From Asterias rubens (Eukaryota): a stretch of 64,000 nt of DNA. The DNA lies in the NCBI RefSeq assembly GCF_902459465.1, contig NC_047081.1, forward strand, positions 9,424,001 to 9,488,000, in the 5' to 3' direction. Shown here piece by piece: positions 1 through 12,507 of the stretch (position 1 is the stretch's first letter; every line of letters begins with the position of its first letter). The notes under the pieces were generated by a model. It was not told the DNA's origin and made no database searches. It saw nothing but the letters and a program-made list of their open reading frames with translations. Position numbers and translations under genes: made by a program.

Positions 1-159
1 GACAAGGAAGGAAGTTTTTTAGTTTGAGAGAAGAACTGAGACGAGCAGCGATTGAAAGACACCAGGTGATGGCGGCAACTCCCAGTGCGCCCCCATTACA
101 ACCTGAGAACGAGGTTGCCACGGACGCAAGTCTATATGCCGAATGATAAAGATGATGAG

Positions 160-312
160 ATGTGAGAGGAAAACCCCAGAGAACTATTCAAAGGAGAACC
201 CATGCAGTCAGGCAGGGATTGAAAGCCAACGCACATAGTGCCCCAGGCGTGATTCGAACCGGGGTCCGAGAGGTGGAAGGGGAGGAAGGATTGCTCTACA
301 CCAACCTGACCA
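160..312 (-). mobile_element. tRNA-derived SINE
   Basis: Reverse complement contains GGACCCCGGTTCGAATCACGCCTGGGGCACTATGTG (Pol III B-box GGTTCGAATC). A related copy is on plus at ~63600-63760 (GGACCGCGGTTCGAATCC...GCACTATGTGGATTGGGTTT). Confidence 0.7.
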
Positions 313-324
313 CCCAAAGATCAG

Positions 325-585
325 ATCCTACACTGTACTTCAGGAGGCGCAGGCTGAGGTGGTTTGGTCATGTGGAGAGAAAGGAGGACGCCAACTGAGT
401 CAAGAGACCTAATTGTGGGTGGACCCACACCCATTTGCCGACCGCGCTAGACGTGGCAGAGCTCCGTGACAACATGAAACTGCTTGGAGTAAACGCAAGG
501 TACTTTACAAAACAAGGCCAAGTGGAGGAAAGCCAATAGGTAGAAAACAGGCCAACCCAGAACAGACTGGACAACGGTTGCACTT
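325..585 (+). mobile_element. Degenerate LINE (RTE-like) reverse transcriptase C-terminal fragment
   Basis: Translates RRRRLRWFGHVERKEDAN*VK, then DNMKLLGV-like and KWRKA-like remnants. RLRWFGHV is a typical non-LTR RT C-terminal motif. Stops and frameshifts are present. Confidence 0.75.
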
Positions 586-747
586 CTTTTCAATTCTCAT
601 CAGAATGCATATAAACCCACCCACGACAAAATTGATATAACCACTTAGCTTTTAAGCTTTGTTAGCCTCCATCAATAATGAATCAGGATTTACGACATGA
701 TCGGTTTCTCATGACACTAGACTTCCTCCCCTGATGAGGCCAACACT

Positions 748-1090
748 TTTTTTATATTTTTGTTTATGCAAGTCGCCCAAAACAAGGTTAAAAGCCACTC
801 TAGGTTAAGGGCTACAAGGAAGAAAACATAGACATGCAGAAACTCAGTGGGGCTGAAGGTAGGAATTGACATTCCTCTTAAAAGATGGAAGATCATAGGA
901 TGAAGGGAAACATGCACCAGGCAAAATTTCCAAAGAGATGCAGTACGAGGGAAAAAGCTACTGGAGTAGCTCTTTGTTCTACATCTCCGCACAGCCACAG
1001 TATAAGGATGAGAACAAGCAGAAAGCCTGGTCTCGCGCTCAAACACCCTGACAGGAGGAACAAGGATGTCTTAATCTTACCCAACACACA
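748..1090 (-). mobile_element. 5'-truncated CR1/L2-group LINE 3' end with A-rich tail
   Basis: Translates VFERETRLSACSHPYTVAVRRCRTKSYSSSFFPRTASLW, then after a frameshift LPGACFPSSYDLPSFKRNVNSYLQPH*. SFFPRTxxLWNxLP is the usual C-terminal motif of this group. It is followed by a 3' UTR and an A-rich tail at ~748-775. Confidence 0.75.
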
Positions 1091-1976
1091 CAAAAAACTG
1101 TTAAATTTTAATAAGCTCTGAGATGATGTGTCAAACTGCAGGAGCTGGGCCAATTTTTTTGAGCTAATGAAGCACACTAATTAACTTAGCCAGTGAAGTG
1201 AATTCATCCACACAGGAAATTTAAGGTTCTTAGCCCTAACACCATTTACATGTGTTTTATCACTAAATACCTCTTTGCTTCAGGGATGTGATTGTATGAA
1301 AACAAAAAGTCCTGAAAATTTGATATAAAGTGTCCTATTTGTTTGGAGATAAAGCCAATGGAATTATGCCATTTGCGAGTTATGATTTGAATAATTTCTA
1401 AACTAACCGCATAAATTTGAAATTCTCAGACTACAGAGTGATGCCTCATGGTTTGGGCAAAGCTTTTGCGTAGGTAAGCGACTGTGAACACTTATATTAC
1501 ATTTTTAATGAATTTTACAGGATTTGAAGGCAGCCCCTTTAAGTAGAGTAAACAAATCACATGCCTACTTGTATTACAAAAGAGCTTGTAAGAGATTTGA
1601 AGGCATGCAGTTCCTTTAAGTAGTGTAACGTGGATGGGTATTCCTACAGGCGTTGCCTATAGGTGAATAATTAATCAAATATTTAGATATGTGGAGATTA
1701 TTAGAGAAATAATAGCCCAGGTGCTCAGTATGACACCATGTATGAGTAATTTATGGGTGTGGGCCTTGGAATTGGTCCATCATTCAAATGGGCGTGGTTC
1801 AAATGAATCGGGCAAAACAAGACAAAACATCGTATGATGACACACTTATCAGCAAAGGTTTTAAGCTTAGCATCAAGTTACAGAAATTGTAGCGCTTAGC
1901 ATAAAGTAATGCCTGGAAAAGTTAAGCTAGCAAAAGAAAAAGAACGATTGGTAATAGACATTTGAAAAGCACCATG

Positions 1977-2111
1977 NNNNNNNNNNNNNNNNNNNNNNNN
2001 NNNNNNNNNNNNNNNNNNNNNNNNNNNNNNNNNNNNNNNNNNNNNNNNNNNNNNNNNNNNNNNNNNNNNNNNNNNNNNNNNNNNNNNNNNNNNNNNNNNN
2101 NNNNNNNNNNN
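1977..2111. other. Assembly gap (135 N)
   Basis: Run of N seen directly. Confidence 1.
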
Positions 2112-2621
2112 CCCTGCTTCCATCCCCTCTCTTAAAGTGTCAATATAGTTGTACTACTGCATTTGCATGCAATGATAATATTCTGACCATCCCTTGATAA
2201 TAAGCATTCACTGACTGACAAAAATTAAATTGAGCCATAATTGTAAAATTACACAATACAAAAGAAAGAGTGCCGTAGGCCTACTACAGAACTCTGAAAC
2301 AATGTTAAAACGCTCTATAAATGCAATTAAGTTAATGTTAAGTTATGTTTTAAAATACTTGCAACTTACCAGTAATCTCAGTTTGTCTTCTGTATCTTGC
2401 TGTTAGTTTTGGTTATAACATAAAAAACACATTTGGTGAGTTAGTGGCCATGCAGGTAAAATGTTATACAACATTAAACAGAAAATTTAGTCAACAATTT
2501 TTAAGAGGTTGGTTAACACTCAGAACATTCTCTCAAAGAGCTACAGTTATAAAAAGTCTTCTTATACATGATGGTTTTTGTTATCATCTTTTTATTTGCA
2601 TGATTTAAATATTGGCAAGCT

Positions 2622-2815
2622 AAGCCGAGTGGTTTAGTGCATTTATGTCCTTGAGCAAGACACTCAACTGTAATTGTTTCTCTTCACCCACAGGTTTTTG
2701 GGTACCTGTGAGAGCAGAGATGTTTCTGTTTATCATTTTTTGTTTGGTGCGCTACATATTTGGCAGCACAGGTCATCTATAGGCCTACTCCAGAGGGAGC
2801 TGATATGAAGTGATG
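2622..2815 (+). mobile_element. Degenerate SINE with CORE-like domain
   Basis: GCCGAGTGGTTTAG (A-box-like) followed by GTCCTTGAGCAAGACACTCAAC...TCTCTTCACCCA, resembling the MIR/CORE central domain. Confidence 0.5.
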
Positions 2816-3604
2816 AAACAAATGGCCAAATCTAGAAAGTTTTGTGTAATTTCCTGGAATGAAAGCAAGAATCTTTTTCTCATGTGGAAAAAACATGAAC
2901 CAATTTAATGGGTTGATTTATCCCATTCAACGTCTCAGTTTTTATGACTTGAAGTACTGATTAATAATTGATATTAAACACAATGAATAAGTGACATGCA
3001 TTTATAGTTAATATGAATTTCTGAATGAATTTCTTGTTATCAACATTTCTTTCAATCAATTAGTTTATGGTTAATGGTTAAATTTCAAGCAGAAACATCA
3101 AGGCAATAGACCCCTTGCATTACGACGTCACAAGCCCAAAACAATCCTCTCACTGAGGTCAATGAAGTGCTATCATTGGTCGAGAGTCGTTCGAGAGTCG
3201 CACGCACATTTCCATTGCCTTTAGCGATGGCAGCCAAAGTAAGGAGTCTATAGGAACGGTTCTTCTCAGAGCCAACACTCTTTACAAAAGTTAGGGTTTT
3301 TTTTCACATGGTGTTATAGCATTCAGCTTTTTTAATACAGTTTGCTGAGAAGATAACTCATACAGCTGTAGTGAACTTACCACGTTCATGTGAGGAACCT
3401 GTTTCAATTCACCAGGAGAGCGGCAGATGATAAAGGTCGAGAGCCAAATCATTCGAGAGCAGGGGAGAAAATGGAAGAAAAATCAACAGAATTAAATATA
3501 AGAGATGTTAAATTTGCATCAGGGATAAAGATATTAATTATTATTATTATTATTTTTTTTACCTATACACCGACGTATGTTAGCACTGTATACACAGTAC
3601 TTTC

Positions 3605-3672
3605 CCGAGGAACCCACGACCCTTGCAATTCTAGAGCAGTGTCTTACCAACTAGACTACCGAGGTTGCCCAG
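3605..3672 (-). mobile_element. tRNA-derived SINE head fragment (same family as 12500-12900)
   Basis: Reverse complement GGGCAACCTCGGTAGTCTAGTTGGTAAGACACTGCTCTAGAATTGCAAGGGTCGTGGGTTC is nearly identical to 12711-12775. Confidence 0.8.
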
Positions 3673-3698
3673 TAAATAGTTGGACCACAGCAGAAAAG

Positions 3699-3844
3699 CA
3701 GTTGTAAATCGCTAAAGCGCTGCGCGCGCCCTCTTTGACTGGAGAGCTTGACTGGCAAGCTTGAAATCTAGACTACTCTGGCGATAGATGCTCGCCAGTC
3801 AAGCTCTCAAGTCAAAGAGGGCATGCTTTAGCAATTTACAACTG
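3699..3844. mobile_element. Palindromic MITE
   Basis: Long imperfect inverted repeat CAGTTGTAAATCGCTAAAGC...CCCTCTTTGACTGGAGAGCTTGACTGGC / GCCAGTCAAGCTCTCAAGTCAAAGAGGG...GCTTTAGCAATTTACAACTG. Confidence 0.75.
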
Positions 3845-6178
3845 AGCTTAGTACACTATCCAAAACCGAGCACTAACGTCTTGTGCCAAGACTATCACAT
3901 ACATTGCAAGCCTACCAGATGCCTACCAGTATAATTTTCAATGTTTGAAGGCAAATAACCCTTAAAGGACAATTCATCGCCCACACATGACTAACACTGT
4001 TGATTTTTGGACACAGTTTTTTTTAAAATAAATGTGAGTGGAAAAAAAAATAAACACAAACTTATGGTTTTGTTTTAGAACTATGGGTGGTTTATAAATA
4101 ATTTAGCCCTTATTCTTAATAAAGACCATAATTCCTATCACCCACTTACATCTTACCCAATTTTTGTTCTTGGTTAATTTTTTACAAGTGCAGCTTTATG
4201 CAACTGTGCCAATGCCCTTTAGGCTCAAAATAATGCAAATGAAAAATGTCCTCCATTTGTACATACACAGTCACAGTTATTATTTGAATTTCTACATTAG
4301 CCCTGGCATTTTGGATATTTACCAAGTTCACAATACATGTATATTGATCGTGAGTCAGAACGCTTTGAATAAAATCAATATTTCTTTGTTCACACGGGGT
4401 GTGGCCTTTGGGTTTTTTTTTACTGATAGAAATCGCAATTATTCTCGACGCCCACATAAACACGATTAAAGTTACCAGAGTTACCAATGTTCAGAGTGTA
4501 TTTCAACGGAGGATTGTACATGTTTAACAGACTGTTTAAACATACTTGCAAGCCGGCTATAAAATTGTTGGCCTACATTTTTGGTTTAATTTTAAGCAAA
4601 CTTAAATCATTTCTCGTAAATATGTCATCATTCCACTTGAGACAATAACACCAGCAGCTGCATGTCACTGAATGACAGAATGAATTAACTTCAGCTGAAC
4701 CAGCTACATCCATCATTGAAACGCGAAACGTCTATGAAGATGATTCCTATTTCATTCAAATTCTGGGAAAACAACAATAAACAATAACAAACTGGAAGTA
4801 TTCTGAATATATTACTACATTTTGGTCAGCAGGAATAACAAATTATTTTTTGGTTTAGCAGCGCATGTATGAATGAAATGGGGCACACCTTAAAAACGTG
4901 CTAAGCACAGACAAATGTGGTTACCAGAAACAATTTACCAGCCAGCATTCCACAATATTTGTTTCAACTGGTGCTCCACACATTTTCAATTAGCAAAGAA
5001 TTTGTTTAAGCAGCCTTTTCTGCTAAACATAGCTCTATCAAATGGGGCCCAGGTCACTAGTCTAAAATCTATTCTACCCTGAAGCATTTGACAAAACCAA
5101 ACAGTACAAAACTCCATCTAAGTTGATAGCTATCGGCCTATTTATGTCTCCAACGCCAGGCAGAACTGAAATATCTCGGATGTTCTACATGGTGATTGTA
5201 TGCCATTATTAATGGAGTCATTTTTTGCAAGGAATTCCGCCATCCCACTGGGGAGGTATTTTTCTGTTTAAGTGGCTCGGAGAAGATGGAAGATAATGAG
5301 GAAGTCACCCCCACAGAGATGAGGCAGCTGATGGATCACATGATGTAATCAACGATGAAGTTTGTCAGGACCCCCTAACTTCCCAATCAAGGATCACTTG
5401 CCGTCAAAGACATCGGAATTAATAACTTATGCATATCATTTACTGCCTTGATATTATATCCGTATTAAAGAGATTTGGCATTCTCTACAAACATCTTGTC
5501 ACATGTTCTTGAAGTTTTAAACTAATTTGGTGGTTTTTTTCAAGGTAAATGTCCCAAGTTGTGCTTGCTACTGTATTTTTTTATGACTTTTATTTTTTGT
5601 ACTGTTCTCTGTTAATTAACTTTTAAAATGTTAAGTTCCTTTTAAAAAGAAAAGCACTACTGTATATTTCTACCTTGCTTCTGTTTGCCTTTTATTTCTT
5701 GTTCATTGTTGCTTTTAATTTTGTTTGTGGTTTGTTTAAACTTAATTAAATTGTTACCGGTTTTATTTGAGACTATATTTAATCCTAAAATGATTCAGAT
5801 GTGAAGTGAATTCCGTCAACAAAAGTAGAGACTTGATTAAAACATTTTGTCAAGTCCTTCGTTTCTCATTTCTGAAGATCATGTTGAGTATGAGTTGTAC
5901 TTTCCAAGAAATTGAAAAACTTTGCATTGTCAGATGAACAAAGGAAGCAACCATAAATAGACAGCAATTTTGGTATAAAGAGACATATCACATGCCTGAG
6001 AAAATCATGGATGCAATAAAGTCAAATGCCTCAGTCACCCGGGTCATTGCCAGTTGCTGCAATGTGAAATGGTCCGATCGAACTTTACAATTTTCTCAAA
6101 GAGATGCCCTTTGCTATATAAGGAGAAAACGCCTTGGTGCCCTTTGTATACATTGCCCATTCAGAAACAAAGCATTAG

Positions 6179-6420
6179 ACCTGGGCTCAATTTCATAGCG
6201 CTGCTAAGCAGAAAAATTTGCTTAGCATGAAATGTCTTCCTTGATAAAAACAGGATTAGCAACAGAATTTCCACGTGATTTTCAGGATACATGTAAGCAA
6301 ACAACAGCTGAATACCAGTAACAAGCAATATGCAACAAATTGAAATTTGGTTGGTAATCCTGTTTTTATCAAATTTTGTGTCATCCATGAGTGGCACTGA
6401 ACAAAAAGCTTGACAAAACA
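6179..6420. mobile_element. MITE family with GGGCCCAATTTCAT termini
   Basis: Begins CCTGGGCTCAATTTCATAG. Its internal sequence (GCTTAGCATGAAAT...AAAAACAGGATTA...ATTTCCACGTGATTTTCAGGATA...AACAACAGCTGAAT) is shared with 56204-56443. Related pieces lie at ~4870-5053 and ~14625-14943. Confidence 0.75.
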
Positions 6421-7798
6421 GGAAGACTGCCTCAATCGGGGGTAGACAGCTCAGTTTGTAGAATTGTTACTCCATAGGTTTCGTCATTATCTTCAAATCC
6501 AGTTTGAGTAAAATTGTCTTTGTTCATCCAATAGATTGATTTAAATTTACTCATTAATTTTTCTTTGTGGTCTCTTACTTAATAATCTTTTAAAAGGGTA
6601 ACTTTTACATGAAATTGTCAATCATCAACATTGTGTTGTCATTACCTAAGAGCCACGGCTCTTTGTATTGCTAGGGATGACCATGACTTTGTGTCGATAT
6701 CATAATAACAATAAAGGGAAGATAAGCTGACAATTTAAACAGAAAAAGAAAAAGAAAAAGTACAGATAAGAACTCTTACAAAGCATACAGCCAATCATGG
6801 ATGGAAAAGTCATACCCCAACTGGATTAGTTTCATAGAATGCAAAAGACTTTAAAAAAAATACCTATTATTTAAACTGCTGTTCTTGATACAGCCGAAAA
6901 GATTTAGCTTTGAAATTCAGAGTGACCTTTACAGTGAAAGAATGCCCATTATAACTTTTGGTATCGTTACTCTTACTGCGAATCAGTGTCCTTCATGAGA
7001 AATTACCCAAACGCCAACGCTGATGCTATTACAGTAATAGGCTTTTAAAACTGACGTCGCATCTTCATTTAAGAAAATTGCAACGTAAACACAATGGTGC
7101 AATTTATTTCATTACCTGAGGGAAATGTTGGACAGTGTTAACTACACAAGTGATCTATAGTGTATTGAGCAGTTTGGGATGTGGAACTTTCAAATTATTT
7201 CATTAATTGTAATTATAAGCCCAAGAAAGTACATTTGCTTAGGACTTTCGAAAAAGAACATGAAGCATGTAATGTCTTCATAAGGCATTGAAATTAATGA
7301 ACCCCATTACTTAAACATTGTGATGTTGTTTATGGATAAATATAATTCATAATAATATAAAATATAGTAAAGTATTCATCATAATTAACAGGTATTTTTT
7401 AGTATTCACCAGTAATTTGTCATTTGAGATGCATGGACAGTATATTACCCTGGGTGACTGTGTAATTTTTTCAATTCCTTATCACTTTGGTAAATATTTT
7501 GCTGATTACTACTTATCCATGCTTAGCGAGGTGACCCAGCAGGTTACCAACTGCATCTCTGGCCACAGAATTTGTATGAACACTAACCCTTAGAAAGCTT
7601 AGAAACGATTCATGTAAGAATTGTTTTAAAATTCTCCAAACAAAAATTACTTGTTAATTAGGCAATCCTTTCTCAAAATAGTTTAACCTACCAACAGCTG
7701 CAGTGTGTATCACCAAGTAATTTTTTATGGTCATTTATTTTTGGAGTGATTTCCCCAAACCCTCCCAGCCCTCCCTTTAAACCATCTCATCAGCTCCC

Positions 7799-8164
7799 TT
7801 AAAGGGTCTATGTACTTTTTGTAGGACAAAAAAGACAATGTCTACAGATTTACAGTTTGAAGATAATGATAGTAGAAAGCTTCCCTGATATTAATACGTG
7901 CTGAGGTGCTGTAGTTTTTGAGAAATGAGTAAAACAATGTCATGAGAGTAGTTTTCGTCTCAGTTATCATGAGACAAAAATTATTTTAGCATGTAAAAAC
8001 GTATTTTCATGACATTGTTGTACTCATTTCCCAAAAACTACAGCAGCTCAGCAACTAATTTTTTAAGGTATGCTTTCTACTATCATTATCTTCAAGCGGT
8101 GTAAGTTTAATGTCAATCTGTGGAAATTGTGTTTTGTGTTACAAAAAGTACCCAAATCCTTTAA
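7799..8164. mobile_element. TTAA-flanked MITE family C (Kolobok/T2-like)
   Basis: TTAA-AGGGTCTATGTACTTTTTG ... CAAAAAGTACCCAAATCCT-TTAA. A second copy lies at ~60445-60796. Confidence 0.8.
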
Positions 8165-10629
8165 GAAGACACAGGCTGCGCTGCCAAGTATGTTGCGCAT
8201 CAAGCTGAATTAATCACAAGAACCATCCCTGCCCTCGCTCACATGTCACTGGTTTAATTCTGTTTTCCTTGTTACTATGTGGTCTTTGCCTGATTGGCAT
8301 TAACTTTATTTCTAGACTCTATGCCAAGTGTCATCTTTTTTCTCCCCTAGTTTTCTCCCCTTTAATACTTTGTAACTTTGTAATGCCAGGCATTTGATTT
8401 TTACACAAAAGTTGCTGATGTTTTTCTTTCATTTTTGCAAGTCAAAACTACAAAAACTATAATAACTACAGTCAAGGCATACAGAAGTGCAAAGATCAAA
8501 AAATCGAAAAATGAGTGGGGCATAAGTCACAAAAATTTTAACTTTTGCTTTTAACCCATTTCAGATAAGCAATACGTTTCTGTATAGCAATTTTTGAAAT
8601 TAAGCCAAAGCCTTTTTGAGAAATGGCGGACACAATGCTACAACGCTGTAAGGTTTGGGTAAATTTGTCTGTATAGACACCACAACCAAACAGACACTCC
8701 TATCACGTCCACCATACCTCAAAAAGGCCTATGTAGGAAACTTGAAAAATCTTTAGAAGCTGAAAAGAAACCCCAAGTTGAGCAGCCAAACAGATACATC
8801 TTTAAGCCTTGGAGTTCATCCTGGAGTCATATTTTCTGGTGGATGATACAGACCGATCAATCATGCATGACTATTGCAGAAGTCAAGAGCATCTAGACCC
8901 TCATAAAAAAAGGCCATAAAATATTTTAACATCATACATGTACAAGCAGCTTTCAAACTGCAGGCTTTGGAGGTCATAAAACCTTGTTTTACAGTTATTT
9001 GCATAAATTTAAAAGAGTCTAGTCATCCAAACCACATGAGAAACTGACTTGGAAAACTTTACCAGTTGGGTTTGAACAAATTTACTGAGGCGAGATTTGA
9101 ACCAACATAGTTTTAACGTTTTCCAGTGGTTGGAAATGTTTATTATTTTGTGGTGATGCAAAAAGAATATTTTTATTTACTGTATGTACATAGCAAACCC
9201 ATTCCCGGTTAAACCAGAGGAATTATTGTGACTCTTTGAAGTTTGAATGTCTTCTCAATTGGATAGAGCCAGAAAGTGGTTTGAAATTGGTTATTATTTT
9301 GTGGTGATGCACAAACCATTTTTGTCTGGTGTACTTAGCAGGTGTGCAAAGGTAAAACAGCGTGAAAAGAAGACAAGGCAATTTAATTAAAAAACCCACT
9401 CCTAATTAAATCATTTGCACCAAGTCATTTCTATACAAGTGTGACGTACAAGAATAGTCACAACAACGTTTTTATACAACAGAAATATGAATAAAAAGGA
9501 AAACAAATATGACCAGATAAAAAGTGCATAATATACTACAATGTAGCCTACATAATAATAACCTTACTTATAAAGCGCTTTTCACATTGCGGGCAGTGCT
9601 ATTGCATCTAATTATCTGTACATGTCGTCTATATTTAGAATGAAGAACACAAAGTTGTCATAATTGGTCGTGTGCATAGAAGAAGGAGCCATTTTCTGAG
9701 CCATTTTGTTGCTTGGCTTTTGTTACTAATAATAACTGCACTGTGTGTCTGAAAAAGGCGTAGAGAGCACGCCCTTCTTCCACTGAACCTCCACGCACAC
9801 AATCAATTATGGACATTTCTCGACTAGTTTCTCAACTGGGTATAATTTTGTGTCTGTGAACACACAAAAATAATGACAACATTTGAATGCTGAATATAAT
9901 TTCCTACTTGTGTAATTAGATGAAAATAGAGCAGCCATTTATCATAATTAAAGTAATAAACCACAAGGGAAACTGCTCAACCAATAATAATTTGCGTGTG
10001 CCATAAACGAAACCATGTGAATAAAAATTGATGAAAACCTTTGTGTTTATGTCCACACTGAAAAATTCTACCTCCTGCAAAAATTGTGTTTTTGAGGTCC
10101 ACCGCTGCTAATTCTAACTGTGTGGGTGCCGCTGTAAAATATGCAGGCAAGAGACTTGGCCTATATAACATGACCATACATGTATTAAGTCACTATACCC
10201 GTACATTGCATACTCTTGAAGGCCGCCAAAATCCAATGTCAATATTTCCAATGTCTCGTTAAAGGTAATAATAATAATAATAATAAAGAGAAATCTATAA
10301 AGCGCAAAAACAATAGCAGAAAGAATCCGCCTCAAGGCGCTGGAAAAGAACACTTACAAAAAAATCTAGGCCAGACAAAATTTATACAAATCAGAGTGTT
10401 ACACAGTAAAATAGTTTAAGGAATCTAGATACAGAAGGCTGGCAAAAAGTTAAAAAGTTAAACAACCATTTTAACTTCACATTGTTCTGTTCTTATCTCC
10501 TTAAATGTCTGGCCAGTATTGTAAGAAAACAAAACACCATGAAATGTTGTGCTCTGCTCTCAAAAACTATATTAATAAACCACAAGGTAAACTGACTGGG
10601 TACATATTTAAAAATGATTTAAAGTTGCA

Positions 10630-10805
10630 CAAAGAAATGATGACTAAAGTGGGATTTGAACCAATGACATCCTGCAATATGCCAGCACTCTACCAACTGA
10701 GCTATCTAGTCCTATACCGCGGTCTCTCTATAACTTTATTCGGTGTGCCAGTCAGAAGCCCTTGCTGCCAGCTTGTATATTTGACCTCTGTAAAATGTCT
10801 TGAAT
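10630..10805 (-). mobile_element. tRNA-derived SINE
   Basis: Reverse complement has A-box TAGCTCAGTTGGTAGAG and B-box GGTTCAAATCCC. A weaker related fragment lies at ~9045-9105. Confidence 0.7.
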
Positions 10806-10939
10806 AGAAACAAATTATGTTCAAATGTTGACCTTGAGTTTGGAACATTATACAGCTTTCAATTCTGTTGAGAAAAGAAGCGTATTCTTAACGCCCTAAA
10901 AGCCTGCCATGAATCTTGTCTTATACGTCCTTTTCACGC

Positions 10940-11314
10940 TTAAAGCCATTGGACCCTTTCGAATCCGAAAAAAAAAAAGAAGTTCACAGATTTACAAATA
11001 ACTTACAGGGTTTACAGAAGGCAATGGTGAAAGACTTCTCTTGAAATATTATTCCATGAAATGCTTTACTTTCTGTGAGAAAACAGCAAAACAATATAAA
11101 TTCTCGTTAACGAGAATTACAGATTTATCTTAAACACATGTCATGACACGGCGAAATGCGCGGAAACAAGGGTGGGTTTTTCCGTTGTTTTCTCCCGACT
11201 CCGACGACCGATTGAGCCTAAATTTTCACAGGTTTGTTATTTGATATAGAAGTTGTGGTACACAAAGTGTGGGCCTTGGACAACACTGTTTACCGAAAGG
11301 GTCCAATGGCTTTT
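10940..11314. mobile_element. TTAA-flanked MITE family B (Kolobok/T2-like)
   Basis: TIR AGCCATTGGACCCTTTCG / CGAAAGGGTCCAATGGCT, ~370 bp. Homologous copies at 26134-26503, 31474-31845 and 62936-63304. Confidence 0.9.
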
Positions 11315-11639
11315 ATTGTTCAAATAAAAACAATTAAATAAAGTATTAGACTGTGTCAGGGCTCGGGAATTTGTTTTTTTCATTTTCATTTTGGTCTTGT
11401 ACAATCATTTCTGGTCCAGTATAATGCGCCTTATTTATGACCGTGCGAGGGCGCTATAAATAACAATGTTATCATTTCTGGGGGTCTACACGATTCACCC
11501 TGCACAGATTAATAGGCGTTCTGTCACTTTTGTTGCGTCGTAGTTTCAATTTGCTTTGGAGGTGGATTATAACGGCTCCTTTAAAAGTCTTATTGTCCGT
11601 GATGGATTAGATGGCTATGGTGGTAATGTGTTCCAATCT

Positions 11640-11860
11640 ACCCATTTCACCCGACGTCATCATCAGAAAAATCTTGAATGCGCCATACTGGTGGGCAATT
11701 TCACTGTGCCTTTTCATATATAACTCTATGCCGTGCGTTATGCAGTGAAATGCACATTTTAGGCGGCGCGGCGTTAATACACGTAAACTTAACTTGCCCA
11801 CCAACATGGTGAGCGTGGCATCAGTCGCCGCACGTGACGCGCGTGCAAGGGGCCAATACC
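11640..11860. mobile_element. Dispersed MITE-like repeat (family F)
   Basis: GACGTCATCATC...GCGCCATACTGGTGGGCAAT...CAGTGAA...ATGGTGAGCGT...GTCGCCGC...GGGGCCAATA. A second copy lies at ~16143-16337. Confidence 0.75.
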
Positions 11861-12507
11861 CCCAGAAGTAATTGAGAGCGCCCTCACGCGTTCAAAAGTA
11901 TGGCCCATTGTTCACGCAATCAAAAATATGGCCCATTGTTGAGCTACAAAGCCAAGGGGTCTTATGGATTTTCTCCCAAATTTGAGTCCTCTGAAATCCT
12001 TAAAACCATAGCTAAAAATTGTACTATGTGAATTTATTACTTCATGTTTGGCTTGATAAAAGGGTACCCTTAAACAGGTTTTTAATTTGTCTCTCCGTGC
12101 GTTACGTGCATTTAATGGCAGTACACCAAGGTAAAAATATGTAAAATTTCAAATGTTTGTCTTTGCATGTACCAGCGTGGGAAGATTAAAAGCATCGTTG
12201 GAGCTGCAGAAAATAGAAAATCAATAGTCATAACAGTAATACACCAGATGTCAGGTATTAGGTCTGCCGAGTGGTAATGTATTGTCACGGGGGATAAGAT
12301 GCACGTGATGCTCTGCATAGCAGTAATCCATATAGTGCTACTACTGCATTGGCATCATATATTTTGTTAATCACATGTAATTTGGCATGATGACCATGAA
12401 ATGTAATCAGGGAGACGGCGTGGCTAGTGTCTCGATTTTTTCATTCAAATAAAGGCATGCAATCACACTCATCTGAAGCTACAAGTAAAAACAAACTAGG
12501 AATACTA

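Noticed and set aside
1896-2123. ORF spanning the N run
   Set aside because: Artefact of the assembly gap.
5100-5430. GC-richer exon-like stretch (e.g. GSEKMEDNEEVTPTEMRQLMDHMM*)
   Set aside because: The frames I tried on both strands hit stops or lack consistent splice sites, and there is no recognisable motif.
9640-9855. Exon-like segment with a good minus-strand acceptor
   Set aside because: All three phases after the acceptor reach a stop within 16 codons. It may be UTR or pseudo-exon, but no CDS can be supported.
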